Positions 1 through 12,376 of a stretch of DNA of 64,000 nt are shown here, in pieces. The stretch spans positions 39,620,001 to 39,684,000 of the forward strand of contig CM059432.1 in assembly GCA_030390025.1 (NCBI GenBank), read 5' to 3'. Positions within the stretch are counted from its first letter, which is position 1. Each line of letters starts with the position of its first letter. A program made the position numbers and the translations under genes. Source of the DNA: Squalus acanthias (Eukaryota). The notes below the pieces were generated by a model. That model did no database searches and was not told the DNA's origin. It saw only the letters and a program-made list of their open reading frames with translations.

Positions 1-1496
1 AAAGTTTCAGGTCTGCGATTTCAGCACAGACCCCGATACCAAGCGGCAGGGGAGGCATTTAAGATAGTTAACTGCTTGTTAAGTGCTTGTTAACTACTAT
101 TTTGCCAGCCTTTTCCTATTTTCAAACATTTTTGATGGGGTTCCCGTCGTTCGCCAATCACGTCAGGTAAGTAGGTCGGGTTCTCTATGTCTCCCCATTG
201 CTGTGAATAGGTGACAGCTGCCGAAGTGGTATGAATCCCCCACCATCAACATCCTGGGGGTCACCATTGACCAGAAACTTAACTGGACCAGCCACATAAA
301 TACTGTGGCAACAAGAGCAGGTCAGAGGCTAGGTGTCCTGCGGCGAGTGTCTTGACTCCCCAAAGCCTTTCCACCATCTACATGGCACAAGTCAGGAGTG
401 TGATGGAATACTCTCTACTTGCCTGGATGAGTGCAGCTCCAACAACACTCAAGAAGCTCAATATCATGCAGGACAAAGCAGCCCGCTTGATTGGCAGCCC
501 ATCTACCACCTTAAACATTAATTCCCTCTACCACTGGCTTACCGTGGCTGCAGTGTGTACCATCTACAAGATGCACTGCAGCAACTTGCCAAGGCTTCTT
601 CGGCAGCACCTCCCAAACCCGCAACCTCTTCCATCCAGAAGGACAAGGGCAGCAGGCACATGGGAACACCACCACCTCCAACTTCCCCTCCAAGTCACAC
701 ACCATCCTGACTTAGAAGTATATCGCCAATCCTTCATCGTCACTGGGTCAAAATCCTGGAACTCTCTAACAGCATTATGGGAGTACCTTCACCACACGGA
801 CTGCAGCGGTTCAAGAAGGCGGCTCACCACCACCTTCTCAAGGGCAATTAGGCCTTGCCAGTGACGCCCACATCCCATAAACGAATAAAAAAAAGGAGTA
901 GGGTAGGGAAGGCAGAGTGATGGGGATGCGATGAGTGGCACAGCAAGATGAGGTTGAGTGTGGCTTTGCAGTAATGTTTCGTGATCTATTGAGATCATTG
1001 AAAGGTTTGTGCCACTGCAGCCTGGTCCTCCTGATGACATCCCTGCTTGTGCCCTCCTGTGCACAGTGCAACCAGGCTTCATTGGTCTCCTGGGGAGGTC
1101 TCTTCCGCCCATTGGAAGGGAAGAGGACCTCCCTGTGTGCTGTGACTCCCTCCATATGCTTATGGAGGGAGTCATGTTAGAGCCTGGGTGCAGCCGTGCA
1201 CCTCTGTGCAGTGCTTGTCAGTGTTTGCAGCACCTCAACGCTGTAGAACACTGACAGTACAAATGTCAAATTAAATTTGTGCATGGTCCCTTTAAGGAAA
1301 CCGGCTGATGCCGCGTCATCAAATGATGTCATCAGACCTGCTTCCTTCAGTTGGACCGGAAAACGCGCTGGGCGGGCTTAACAAGCCCAATCAGGGGAAA
1401 TTCATTCTACAGAGCGGGTTGGAGCCAGCAGCGGGGTTGGGACCCACCACCGACGTTGCCTGCCATGGACCCGCCGAGGTAGGAAAAATCGCAGCC
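1..1496. mobile_element. Harbinger derivative, truncated by the window edge and interrupted by a LINE at about 235-893
   Basis: Myb exon 1 remnant on - (EVLFPSNGRKRPPQETNEAW), an inverted homologue of about 5750-6240; ends AAAATCGCAGCC. Confidence 0.7.
235..893 (+). mobile_element. CR1-superfamily LINE (family A) 3' fragment
   Basis: ORF2 C-terminus WMSAAPTTLKKL..QDKAARLI; ends AATAAA plus an A-run; recurs at 39.0-39.3, 40.5-41.3 and 45.3-46.0 kb. Confidence 0.85.
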
Positions 1497-1564
1497 AAAG
1501 AGTCTGCTGAGAGACATGTCAAGCACCCTCTTATATAACTTAAAATCAAAGTAAAATCAATCAA

Positions 1565-1755
1565 AATAACAAAAACAGATTATCTGGTCATTATCACATT
1601 GCTGTTTGTGGGAGCTTGCTGTGCACAATTTGTTGCTGCGTTTCTTACATTACAACAGTGACTACACTTCAAAAGTACTTCATTGGCTTTAAAGCGCTTT
1701 GGGACGTCCGGTGGTCATGAAAGGCGCTATATAAATGCAACTCTTTCTTTCTATC
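1565..1755 (+). mobile_element. DeuSINE/AmnSINE-like SINE 3' part with L2-type tail (relatives at about 43585-43700, 46420-46535, 63780-63998)
   Basis: CATTGCTGTTTGTGGGA..TACATTACAACAGTGACTACACTTCAAAAGTACTTCATTGGC..AAGCGCTTTGGGACGTCC recurs in the window; family name is from recall. Confidence 0.6.
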
Positions 1756-2489
1756 TTTAAAAACCCCTCTCCATTCAATAGATAAATCTGGGTGACACAT
1801 TTATCTGAAGGGTTTCCCTCCTTTGGTGTAATTCATTTCTAACAGTCATGTAAATCTCCTGGAAGATGTTAAAGTTAATGAGGCATGGCTACGTAGGCAT
1901 ACCAAGTTCCATTTTTATTCCCCTAATTTTACAATCTTCCTTTAACAAAGGGTCCTACACAGGACCAGATAAGGCATAGTATATTTATGTCCCACTAACG
2001 AGCTATTTGTGAGCTCAGTCCTTAATGCTAGCTGTCCCATCACTGGTAAGGAAGGTTTGTATAAATAAACTTCATCATGGTTTTAATTAGTTTTGACTTT
2101 CCAGCCATTTCGCAGAATTCAGTTTAACTACTGACTCCATATTGTGTTTACACCTTTAAGCCAAAACTCCATTTTGAGGACACATTCCAAGCAATTTGCA
2201 GAGCATTTCCTACAACACAGAGGTGTATTATTAACACCATTCGATTTGATTACATTTACTAAGCTATAATTAGTTCCATCGTAATGTTTGATATTGGTAA
2301 TAACAATAAAAGTGACTGATATTTAACAAGAATCAAAATCACTTAAGTGCAGTATTAAATGTTATTCTAAGTATTACAATATCTTAGCATTAGTTGGATT
2401 TCATTTAATAACAATATAACAGAGTATCATTCAATCTTGAAGATTACAATACAGACTTGGTAAGATTCACACTATATCACAAGATGCCA

Positions 2490-3063
2490 TTATATAAGGC
2501 CCTGGTGAGACCACACCTGGAGTATTGTGTACAGTTTTGGTCTCCTTACCGAAGGAAGGATATACTTGAGATAGAGGGAGTGCAACGAAGGTTCACCAGA
2601 CTGGTTCCTGGGATGGGGAGATTGTCCTATGAGGACAGATTGAGTAGACTAGGCCTATATTCTCTAGAGTTTAGAAGAATGAGAGGTGATCTCATTGAAA
2701 CATACAAAATTCTTACAGGGCTTGACAGGGTAAATGCAGAGAGGATGTTTCCCCTGGCTGGGGAGTCTAGAATCAGGGGTCACAGTCTCAGAATAAGGGG
2801 TCAACCATTTAGGACTGAGATGAGGAGAAATGTCTTCACTCAAAGGGTTATGAATCTTTAGAATTCTCTACCCCAGAGGACTGTGGCTACTCAGTCGTTG
2901 AGTATATTCAAGACAGAGAGCGATAGATTTTTGAATATTAAGGGAATCAAGGGATATGGGGATAGTGCAGGAAAGTGGACAGGTAGAAGATCAGACATGA
3001 TCTTATTGAATAGCGGAGCAGGCTCAAAGGGCCAAATGGCCTACTCCTGCTCCTATTTCATAT
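2490..3063 (+). mobile_element. CR1 LINE 3' fragment
   Basis: LYKALVRPHLEYCVQFWSP..LEFRRMRGDLIE motifs and CR1 3' UTR. Confidence 0.88.
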
Positions 3064-3275
3064 TGAGAGGTCGCACAACACCAGGTTATAGTCCAACAGT
3101 TTTATTTGAAATCACAAGCTTTCGGAGCTATCGCTCCTTCCTCAGGTGAAGTGAGGAAGGAGCGATAGCTCCGAAAGCTTGTGATTTCAAATAAAACTGT
3201 TGGACTATAACCTGGTGTTGTGCGACCTCTCAATTTTGTCCACCCCAGTCCAACACCGGCATCTCCGCATCATGA
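3064..3275. mobile_element. Penelope terminal-repeat insertion forming a perfect inverted repeat, inserted in a CR1 tail
   Basis: Arms 3062-3144 and 3152-3234 are exact reverse complements with a 7-nt spacer; TSD CCTATTTCATAT at 3052-3063 and 3276-3287. Confidence 0.88.
3112..3149 (-). ncRNA. Minimal hammerhead-ribozyme-like motif (Penelope type)
   Basis: Minus strand UCAC-CUGAGGA-A-GGAGC(GAUA)GCUCC-GAAA-GCUU-GUGA: stem I, CUGAnGA box, stem II, GAAA box and palindromic AGCU in place of stem III. Confidence 0.6.
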
Positions 3276-3655
3276 CCTATTTCATATGCCACTGGTATCC
3301 TTTCAGTCTTTAGTATGTTCTTTGGGTAACTTTAGCATAACGTTATACAACCTCTCTCCTTAGTCTGCAGGCTAGCTGTGATAGCGGATATTTCCATCTC
3401 CCTCTTCGACGCTCCAGTTTCACCTCTAGGGTATATCCTCAGCGAGTTGTCACTGTTTGTTTCCTTTCTTTGGTCATCTTCTGCTTTTCCTGACCTTTAA
3501 GTTAACCTTGCATTTACTATTAAACAAAAAGCAAAGGAACTGCAGATGCTGGAAATCTGAAACAAAACGTGACAAAAGGAGACAAAATCTAATGCATTAA
3601 CGCTTCTGTATCTCTCCACAGATGCCTGATTGCTGACTGTTACCAGCATTTTTTG

Positions 3656-4378
3656 AACCTGAAATGAGCTTCCACCCACATATCCGCAGCATAACTAAGA
3701 CCGCCTATTTCCACCTCTGTAACATCGCCTGTCTCCGCCCTTGCTTCAGCTCATCCGCTGCTGAAACCCTCATCCATGCCCTTGTTACCTCTAAACTTGA
3801 CTATTCCAATGCACTCCCAGCTGGCCTCCCACATTCTACCCTACGTAAACTTGTGGTCATCCAAAAACTCGGCTGCCCGTGTCCTAACTCGCACCAAGTC
3901 CCGTTCACCCATCATCCCTGTGCGCGCTGACCTACATTGGCTCCCGGTTAAGCAGCACCTCGATTTCAAAATTCTCATCCTTGTTTTCAAATCCCTCCAT
4001 GGCCTCACCCCTCCCAATCTCTGTAATCTCCTTCAGCCCCACAACCCCCGGAGATATCTGCGCTCCTCTAATTCTGCCCTCTTGAGCATCCCTGATTATA
4101 ATCGCTCACCCTTTGATGGCCGTGCCTTCTGTTGCCTAGGCCCTAAGTTCTGGAATTCCCTGCCTAAACCTCTCCGCCTCGCTACCTCTCTTTCCTCCTT
4201 TAAGACGCTCCTTAAAACCTACTTCTTTGACCAAGCTTTTGGTCACCTGCCCTAATTTCTCTTTATGTGGCTCGGTGTCAAATTTTTTGCCTTATAATAC
4301 TCCTGTGAAGCGCCTTGGGACATTTTACTACATTAAAGGTGCTATAGAAATACAACTTTTTGTTGTTGTTGTTTTGTT
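3656..4378 (+). mobile_element. L2 LINE 3' fragment
   Basis: KTAYFHL, LIHA.VTS.LDYSN, LHWLPV and FKTLLKT motifs; (GTT)n tail. Confidence 0.88.
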
Positions 4379-5645
4379 TCTTGCATTTATGATCATCTGC
4401 GAGACTATACTTCCACTCTCTACTTCGATTTTGCAATCCAATCGCATAATTTTCAACAATAAGAAAATCTAAATAATCTGTCCACATGAAAAAGCCTTAG
4501 TCCAAAGGCAGTGACTCTTTGCAATAGACAGTAGTTTTGAAGCAGTAAGTTTATAAAAATATTTTCTAGGAATTCCTGTGGATGTAAACTAGAAGTTGTA
4601 ATCTGACCTTGTTTAACTACACAAGAACAATAGATACAAAAGTGACAATTGGGTGTGTGATGTAGAGGGATGCACCTCAGGATCAACAGGAGCCAGGCCG
4701 GAATGGGCTGCCAGTGGCACTTGGTCGGGGCAACTAGTGAATGTCGGTTTGGGGCTGATTGCATGAGTAAAGTTGATTTGTTGGATGCAGCCAAATCCCT
4801 CCTAAATCTGCTAGTGATTAATTCTAAAGAATAAGTACTAGCTGCTCTACTAATTCCAAGTCTGCCATGCATTGTATGACTAATCCCCATTCTGTGTGGG
4901 AATTCAGAATTTAATTTTAATTTTTATTCCCCTGTAGAAATCTGCACAATTTTATAATAATTGGCCTTTAACAAGGTTTCACAGTCCTTAAGAAGCCCTT
5001 AACAAACTGTTTTTTGTTTTTTTTCCCTCCAGTAATTTTTTTGCACTCATTTTAGACTGTAAGCAAGATTCTGAGTAATGGTAATCAAGGACAAAAAGTC
5101 CATTGCTGCATTCTACTAGTCTTATTCATCTAGTTATTCATGTCTACTTTTTAAAAGAAAATAACATCCAGAAGAAATAGTTTCACGTTAACATATTGTA
5201 ATCTTTCTCATACTGAAGACAGTGGCTTGGATTTTCCTCTTTGTGACCACCTTTTTTTGGGCAGTTTTGCAGCATTAAGTAACTGAAAATGGGACAGGGA
5301 GATGTTGCGCCAAAGCCTGCCCCAAAAACTGCCCATCAGTATTTTACTCTGGTGAAGCAGGCAGTGACTTTGCCCGCATGCGGCGAGCCCATTACGGCTG
5401 TGTAAATGGTGGTGGGGTGGTTGGCATCCATCGTCCCCACTATTTGTGTAGTGCATGTACAAGGAATGAGGGCATTGTGATAGTTCACTGTAACATTTAT
5501 TTTGTTTCTTATGCAGTGATAGGTTGGCAGGTATGGAGGTAAGTCACGCATCCAACAGTGTTTCAAGATGTGCAATGGTATTTGCCCCTTCATTATCTTG
5601 GCCAACCCTGTGAGGTAATTAAACCTTTTTCTGCACTGTGTGATA

Positions 5646-7414
5646 GGGCTGGATTTTTCCAGTGGAGGCGGGTTCACGGCGGGAGAGTTGGTTGGCGGGT
5701 TCCAGACCCGCTCCCAGCTACAGCCGCTCTGTCAAAAGGATTTTCCGTTGATAGGGCTTGTTAAGCCTGCCCTGCGGGGTTCCAGGCCAATTAATAGGAA
5801 GCGAGTCTGATGATGTCATTTGATGATTTGTCATCAGCTGGTTTCCTTATAGGGACCATGGCCACATTCATTTTGACAGTTGTGCTGTCAGTGTTCTGCA
5901 GTATTGAGGTGCTGCAAACAGTGACATGCACTGCACAAAGGTGGACGGCTGCACCCAGGCTCTTGTATGACTCCCTCCATATGCTTATGGAGGGAGTCAC
6001 AGCACACAAGGAGATTCTCTTCCCTTCCCATGGGCAGAAGAGACCTCCCCAGGACACCAACGCAGCCTGGTTGCATATTGCACAGGAGGGCAAAAGCCGG
6101 GATGTTGTCAGGAGTACCAGGCTGCAGTGCAGACCTTTCAATGATCTCAGTAGATCACGAAACGTTATTGCAAAGCCACACTCAACCTCATCCTGCTGTG
6201 CCACTCATCACATCCCCATAACTCTACCTTCCCTACCCTACTCCTGCACATCCTTACTCACACCAACTTACCTTGCACCTCCACCCATCCCTCTCTATCT
6301 ACATTATCACTTCCCCAATTCACTAGCCACCCCTCACACTCACCCTCATCCTAGTCCAATCACACCAACTAACCACGAACAAGGGTAGGCATTTGGGTGT
6401 TTTAGCCAATGTTCATGTAAAGTTTCTGTTAATGTGGTGTCAAACATTGAAATCTTTATTTTCAACACTTTGCATTCTTGGACAGATTTGTATGAACCTT
6501 TGGAAGTGGCTTAGTGAGTTGCACTGAATGGTGAGACATAACAGCACCCTCCGCAATGCTGATGAGTGTGAAAGGAATGGCTTGTGCATTGTAGGGATGC
6601 TTTCTGTTGTTGGTGTGGGATGGTGTCAACCTGACACATTATGTGGCAGCCAGGGTGTGTAGCATCAAGTGAAGTAAGTGTGGCCATGGTAAGGCCATCC
6701 CTGGCGTCCTGGGCAGCAATGTGGTCGGGTACTGATGCCCTCTGTCCTGTGCAGCATCGGGTGATTGCGGAGAAGGTTGGTGTTGTTGATGTGCCCGGTG
6801 ATGCTGGTGTTGGGGCTGATCGTGGTCAGATTCTGAGGACCAAGGTGAGAGAGTATAAACCGTGCCTATGCTGATGGAATAGATGGCAGGTGAAGTTGAG
6901 ATGACATAGCGATCTGTCAATGGTGAGAGAGGTTGTTCCAATGAGGTGACACTGGACAGAGAGTTTGCTCCAAACACTTGCACCCTGCATAAAGCTCAAT
7001 CTGTCTTCCAAATGCAGTAAGCAACAGCTTCTGAGCTTGGAAAGTAAACAGCTGTGAGATATCAGCTTTTATAGCACATTTCAAGCTGTCAGGTAATGAG
7101 ATGATTCCATGGCCATTCAACTCCCGCCCAGCTTAAGAGAGGTGATCCCCGAGCAGCATGGACCCCATTGGTGAGCTGTTAAATTCTAAAGGTGAGCTCA
7201 AAATTGTTGTTAATCCTCTGTTAACAGGGTCATAATGACCTGAATTGCCTCCCCCACCGCTGCGTGTCGGGGTCTGCTCAGTGCTGACAGACCCGACATT
7301 TGGTAAAGGTGCATGGTGGCGGGTTGACAGTGGGGTCCTGACCCGCTGTCAAAAATAACACTTTCCCACCCGACCCACCACGATCGCACCTGCTGACGCC
7401 CTGGAAAACTCCCC
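5646..7414. mobile_element. Internally deleted Harbinger derivative
   Basis: Starts GGGCTGGATTTTTCCAG with a degenerate right TIR; keeps Myb exon 1 on + (EILFPSHGQKRPPQDTNAAW) and the Q/H-rich transposase N-terminus on -. Confidence 0.75.
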
Positions 7415-8456
7415 TCTTTGTCTTTGTTAGATGTAGGTTCTCTGTCAGTTAGAAGAAGATTCTCTTTGTCTTCTCTAGTCTTCTTCTGTAAAGTAATCTT
7501 ACCTAGCAAATGTAGAAGGGTACCTTAAACAAGTACAAGTATATTCAGAACAGAGAGTAAGGTGTGATACCAATAAAATTACAACACTGCTTCCTGAAGG
7601 AATCCTATAGTAATCGGTCTCCAGGCAGAACTAGTAGCATTAAAAACAATCCTCTGCCCATGAGAATGCAAACAATTCTCTATCCAACCCTTTCAATCCC
7701 ACAACACTCCAAATTATAAAGTAGCCTATTGAGTGACACAAAATCCTATGTCGACTGGGCTATCTTCAGCCACCAAACCTAGTAACCTCTTCAAAAACTT
7801 CCCAGGTTGGTGAGACAGGACCTCTTTTTGAGAAATCATGTTAAGAGTCTCTAATAACCCTTACTCTGTTCAGGTGGCCAGAGTATCTCTAATGATCCCT
7901 TCTAGCAACTTGCTCATAACCAAAGTTAAGCTATGGGCCTATAATTTAGACTTGGTGTTAGACAAAAGACTTGTTGTCCCCTTTGAAACCTTGATTCTAG
8001 TGAGCTCTTAAATACATAAGTAAGGAGATTCACATGTCCCATTGCTTTGAGCACCTTGGGTAAATGTCATCATGACCAGATGCCCAATCTCATTTGAGAC
8101 TCCTATTTCTTTCTAGGATTGCATCTGCATTCACTTTGATATTTACAACATTAGTGTCAACTGTACATTGCATTAATAGTAACTAACATAATCTACTGGA
8201 GTGAAGACTGATGCAAAGTAGACATTTAACCCTCAGCCATGTCCTGGGAGTTCATCTGTATCTACCCTGAGAAATCCTTTAATGGCCCTCTGCAGTCCTT
8301 TATCGCTCTCTGACTCCTAACATGGCTGTTAAAAAAATTGCTATTGCTACTGCAGTTATCCACTACCTTCTTTTCCAACAAGCTTTTGGCTACTCTGATA
8401 GCAGCTTATGTTGTCTTTAACTGAGAATATACAGTTTATATTGGCAACTAGCACAT

Positions 8457-9130
8457 AACAACAACAACAACTTGCATTTATATAGTGCCTTTAACAGAGT
8501 AAAATGCCCCAAGGTGCTTCACAAGAGTGTTATCAGAAAAAATAAGACACTTACATAAAGATATATTAGGACAGGTGACCAAAAGCTTGGTCAAAGAGGT
8601 TGGTTTTAAGGAGCATCTTAAAGGAGAGTGCGGTAGAGAGGCAGAGAGGTTTAGGGAGAGAATTCCAATGCTTGGGGCCTAGATAGCTGAAGGCACGGCT
8701 GCCAATGGTGGGGCAAAGGAAATTGGGAAGGCACAAGAGGCCAGAATGGAGGAATGCAGAGATCTCGGAGGATTGTAGGGCTGGAGGAGGTTGAAGAGAT
8801 AGGGGTGGGCGAGGCCACGGAGGGATTTGAACACCAGGATGAGAATTTTAAATTTGAGGCGTTGCTGAATCGGACGCTAATGTAGGTCGGCGAGCGCAGG
8901 GGGGTGATGGGAGAACAGGACTGGGTGCGAGTTAGGATACCGGCAGCAAAGTTATGCATGAGCTCAAGTTTACAGAGGGTGAATGATGGGAGGCCGGCCA
9001 GGAGAGCACAGGAATAGTGGAGTCTGGAGGTAACAAAGGCATGGATGAAGGTTTCATCAGCAGATGGGCTGAGGCAGGGACGAAGACAGGCGACATTACA
9101 GAGGTGAAAGTAGGCGGTCTTGGTGAAACA
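8457..9130 (-). mobile_element. L2 LINE 3' fragment
   Basis: Same motifs as 3656-4378 on the minus strand; (AAC)n tail at 8457. Confidence 0.85.
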
Positions 9131-9197
9131 CATAACTTGCAACTAACATTATGGGAGGTATTCGAGGTGGAAGACATTTTGATGTCACTTTTGCTTC

Positions 9198-9435
9198 TGT
9201 TGAGGCTGCCGCGAAACACGAATTAAGGCTGAATCCATGTGTATTAAACAAGAGACTTTTTAATCACTGCATGGCACAAAATGGCTGAACAGAAAAGCCC
9301 CCAGAATTCTCTGGGCAAATCCTGAGGCCCCGCCCACTCCTGCCTTAAAGGTAAGGTGCCTTAAAGGGAAGGTGCTGGATATTTGTCCACGGACGGAAGA
9401 GTGGATTATGTCCGTTTAGGTGGCGATCCGCCACA
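9198..9435 (-). repeat. 3' LTR of the Gypsy element
   Basis: Direct repeat of 13335-13572; preceded on the minus strand by the purine tract (ctcccccc on the + strand at about 9439-9446). Confidence 0.95.
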
Positions 9436-9455
9436 CAGCTCCCCCCAGAATCCGC

Positions 9456-12376
9456 TTAGGAGGTGTGGACGAGACGGTGCGGCGGTCTGATGGGCCGGCC
9501 GGAGCGGCTCTTGTAGGACGCCGGTGGACGTGGAACGGCCGGGCGTGGAGCAGCCGGGTGAACCGGCTTGAGGGCAGGTCGGCCGCGTGGAGGTGGACGA
9601 GCTACAGGGACCTGCTCACCGGGCTCCGAGTGTGCTGGCTTGAGTCGGTCAACCAACACTTTTTCGGTCCTGTCGCCCACTTGCAGGGTGAAAAATTTGT
9701 CCCCAGCCTGTAGCACCTTGTAGGGCCCGTCGTACGGGGGTTGAAGGGGTCTGCGGTGGGCGTCGTGCCGGACGAAAACAAACCGTGCCTGGTGCAGGCT
9801 TAGTGGGACGTGTGAGGTGGATTCGCCGTGTCGGGCAATGGGCACCGGGACGAACTGCAGCGCCGGTGAGGCGAAGTCATGGCGTTGCTGGTCGGCTGAC
9901 CAGGCTGGCGTTGCTGGTCGGCTGACCAGGGTGTCGTGGCGGTGGGCAGGAACTCGCTGGGTACGCGCAGCGGCTGACCGTACACGAGCTCTGCTGCCGA
10001 TGCGTGGAGGTCTTCTTTAACCGCGGTGCGCAGGCCGAGGAGGACACTCGGAAGTCGGTCGGTCCAGGCGCCGTCTTGGAGGCTGGCTCGAAGAGATGCC
10101 TTCAAGGATCTGTGGAACCGCTCACACAGTCCGTTGGCTTGGGGGTGGTACGCTGTGGTGCGGTGAATGGTCACCCCGAGATTGCGTGCGACGGCGGTCC
10201 AGAGTTCAGAGGTAAATTGCGGACCTCTGTCCGACGTCATGTCGGAGGGGATGCCGAACCGTGCGACCCAGGTGCTGACGAAGGCTCTGGCGATGTCGGC
10301 GGTGGTGGTAGAGGTCAGTGGAATTGCCTCAGGCCAGCGTGTGGTGCGGTGAACGATGGTCAGCAAGTGCGTGTGGCCTTGCGACGGCGGCAGGGGCCCG
10401 ACGATGTCCACGTGGATGTGGTCGAATCTCCGCGAGGGGACGGTAAACTCCTCGAGGGGTGCTTTCGTGTGTTGCTGTACCTTGGCCCGTTGGCAGGCTC
10501 GGCAGGAGTTGACCCAAGTACGCACTTCCTTGCGAAGGCCGCGCCAGACGAAGCGGTTGGCTACCAATTTGATGGATGCGCGGGCGCCGGGGTGGGAGAG
10601 GTTGTGGAGAATGTCGAATACCCGGCGGCGCCAGGACGCTGGGATGACGGGCCGAGGTTGACATAGGGATATGTCGCACTTGACCGTGACTGCGGTCGGG
10701 CCACAGGCGACGTCGGCCAGGCGTAGCCCTGGTAGGTTGGTGGGTGCGGAGAGCAGATCAGGGTCGGTGATCTGGTCTGCTGCGAGTTGAGCGTAGTCCA
10801 CTGCTAGGTGTGCGGCGTGGATGGCGGGGCGGGAGAGGCAGTCGGCTACCACATTGTCTCGGCCGGAGACGTGTTGGATGTCCGTGGTGAACTCGGACAC
10901 TGCCGCGAGCTGGCGCTGCTGCCTGGCGGACCAGGGGTCGGTTGTCTTTGCCATTGCGAATGTCAGGGGCTTGTGGTCGACAAACGCAGTGAAGGGGTGG
11001 CCCTCAAGCAAAAACCGGAAATGGCGGACCGCCAGGAACAGCGCGAGGAGCTCGCGGTCAAAGGTGCTGTACTTGACCTCCGGAGGGCGTAGTTGGCGGC
11101 TGAAGAAGGCAAGTGGTTGCCAGGCGCCGTCGACCCACTGCTCATACACGGCGCCGACCGCGTGGTCGGAGGCGTCCGTGGTGAGCGCTACCCTGGCATT
11201 GGGCCGTGGGTGCGCGAGCAGGGTGATGTTGGTGAGCGCGGTTTTGGTGGAATCGAAGGCGGCGGACGCGTCTGCCGTCCATTCGACCGCCATCTTGCCG
11301 CTCCTGCCCCGGAGGGCTTCATACAGGGGCCTCATGAGGGACGCCGCTTTGGGGATGAAGCGGTTATAGAAATTCACCATCCCGAGGAACTCCTGGAGGC
11401 CTTTGATGGTGGTGAGGCGGGGAAATTGTTGGACGGCCTGCACCTTGGTGGGCAGGGGAATGGCCCCAGCATGGGTGATGTGGTGGCCGAGGAAGTCGAT
11501 CTTGTCCAGGCCGAACTGGCATTTGGCTGGGCTGAGGATGAGCCCGTGGTCGCTGAGGCGCCCGAACAGGATGCGAAGGTGTTCGAGGTGTTCCTGCTTG
11601 GAGGAACTGGCTACCAGGATGTCGTCCAGGTAGACGAACAGGAACTTCAGGTCCTGAAGGACCGAGTCCATGAGCCGTTGGAATGCCTGGGCCGCGTTTT
11701 TGAGGCCGAAGGGCAGCCGCAAGAACTCGAACAGGCCGAAGGGGGTGATTACGGCCGTCTTGGGGACGTCCGCGGGGTGGACGGGGACTTGGTGGTAGCC
11801 GCGCACCAGGTCGACCTTGGAAAAGACTGAGCGGCCGGCCAGTCTAGCCGAGAAGTCCTGAATGTGCGGCACGGGGTACCGATCAGGGGTGGTGGCGTCA
11901 TTGAGGCGGCGGTAATCCCCGCAGGGGCGCCAACCTCCGCCTGGTTTGGGGGCGATGTGGAGTGGGGAGGCCCAGGGACTGTTGGAGCGGCGGATGATGC
12001 CGAGCTGTTCCATGGTGGCAAACTCGGTCCGCGCGATCTCCAGTTTGGCCGGGTCCAGCCTGCAGGCATGGGCGTACACTGGGGGGCCTGTGGTGGGGAT
12101 GAAGTGTTCCACCCCGTGTTTGGCGGACTCCGCGGAGAAGGTCGGATTGGTAAGGGCTGGGAATTCGGCCAGGAGTGCCGAGTAGTCATCCGTGGCCCGG
12201 GCGTGGCACTGTGACGCCATGTCGGCGGGTTGACGGGGGGCCATGGCGCCCAGGATGGGGGACATGGTGTTCATGTCCACGAGGCGGTGACGAGGGATGT
12301 CTACCAGTAGGCCATGGGCGCACAGGAAATCTGCGCCGATGAGGGGGGAGAGCACCTTGGCAGTGATGAACTCCCA
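9456..12376 (-). pseudogene. pol: Gypsy Pol (protease C-terminus, RT, RNase H, integrase) with a frameshift near the 3' end
   Basis: RT motifs WASPLH, DYRRLN, LPFGL, YLDD; RNase H TTDAS and DHKPL; integrase HHCC, HVDIVGP, SDRGPQF, CERFHR; GPY module in the 9456-9845 ORF, separated by a 26-bp tandem duplication at about 9880-9931. Confidence 0.92.

Noticed and set aside
3062..3234. miRNA precursor or terminator hairpin
   Set aside because: Explained as an inverted Penelope repeat with a TSD; the same sequence occurs unpaired at 14.5 and 37.4 kb.
7420..8420. Possible unique coding sequence
   Set aside because: Looks like a very decayed minus-strand CR1-like endonuclease region with many stops; boundaries cannot be supported.
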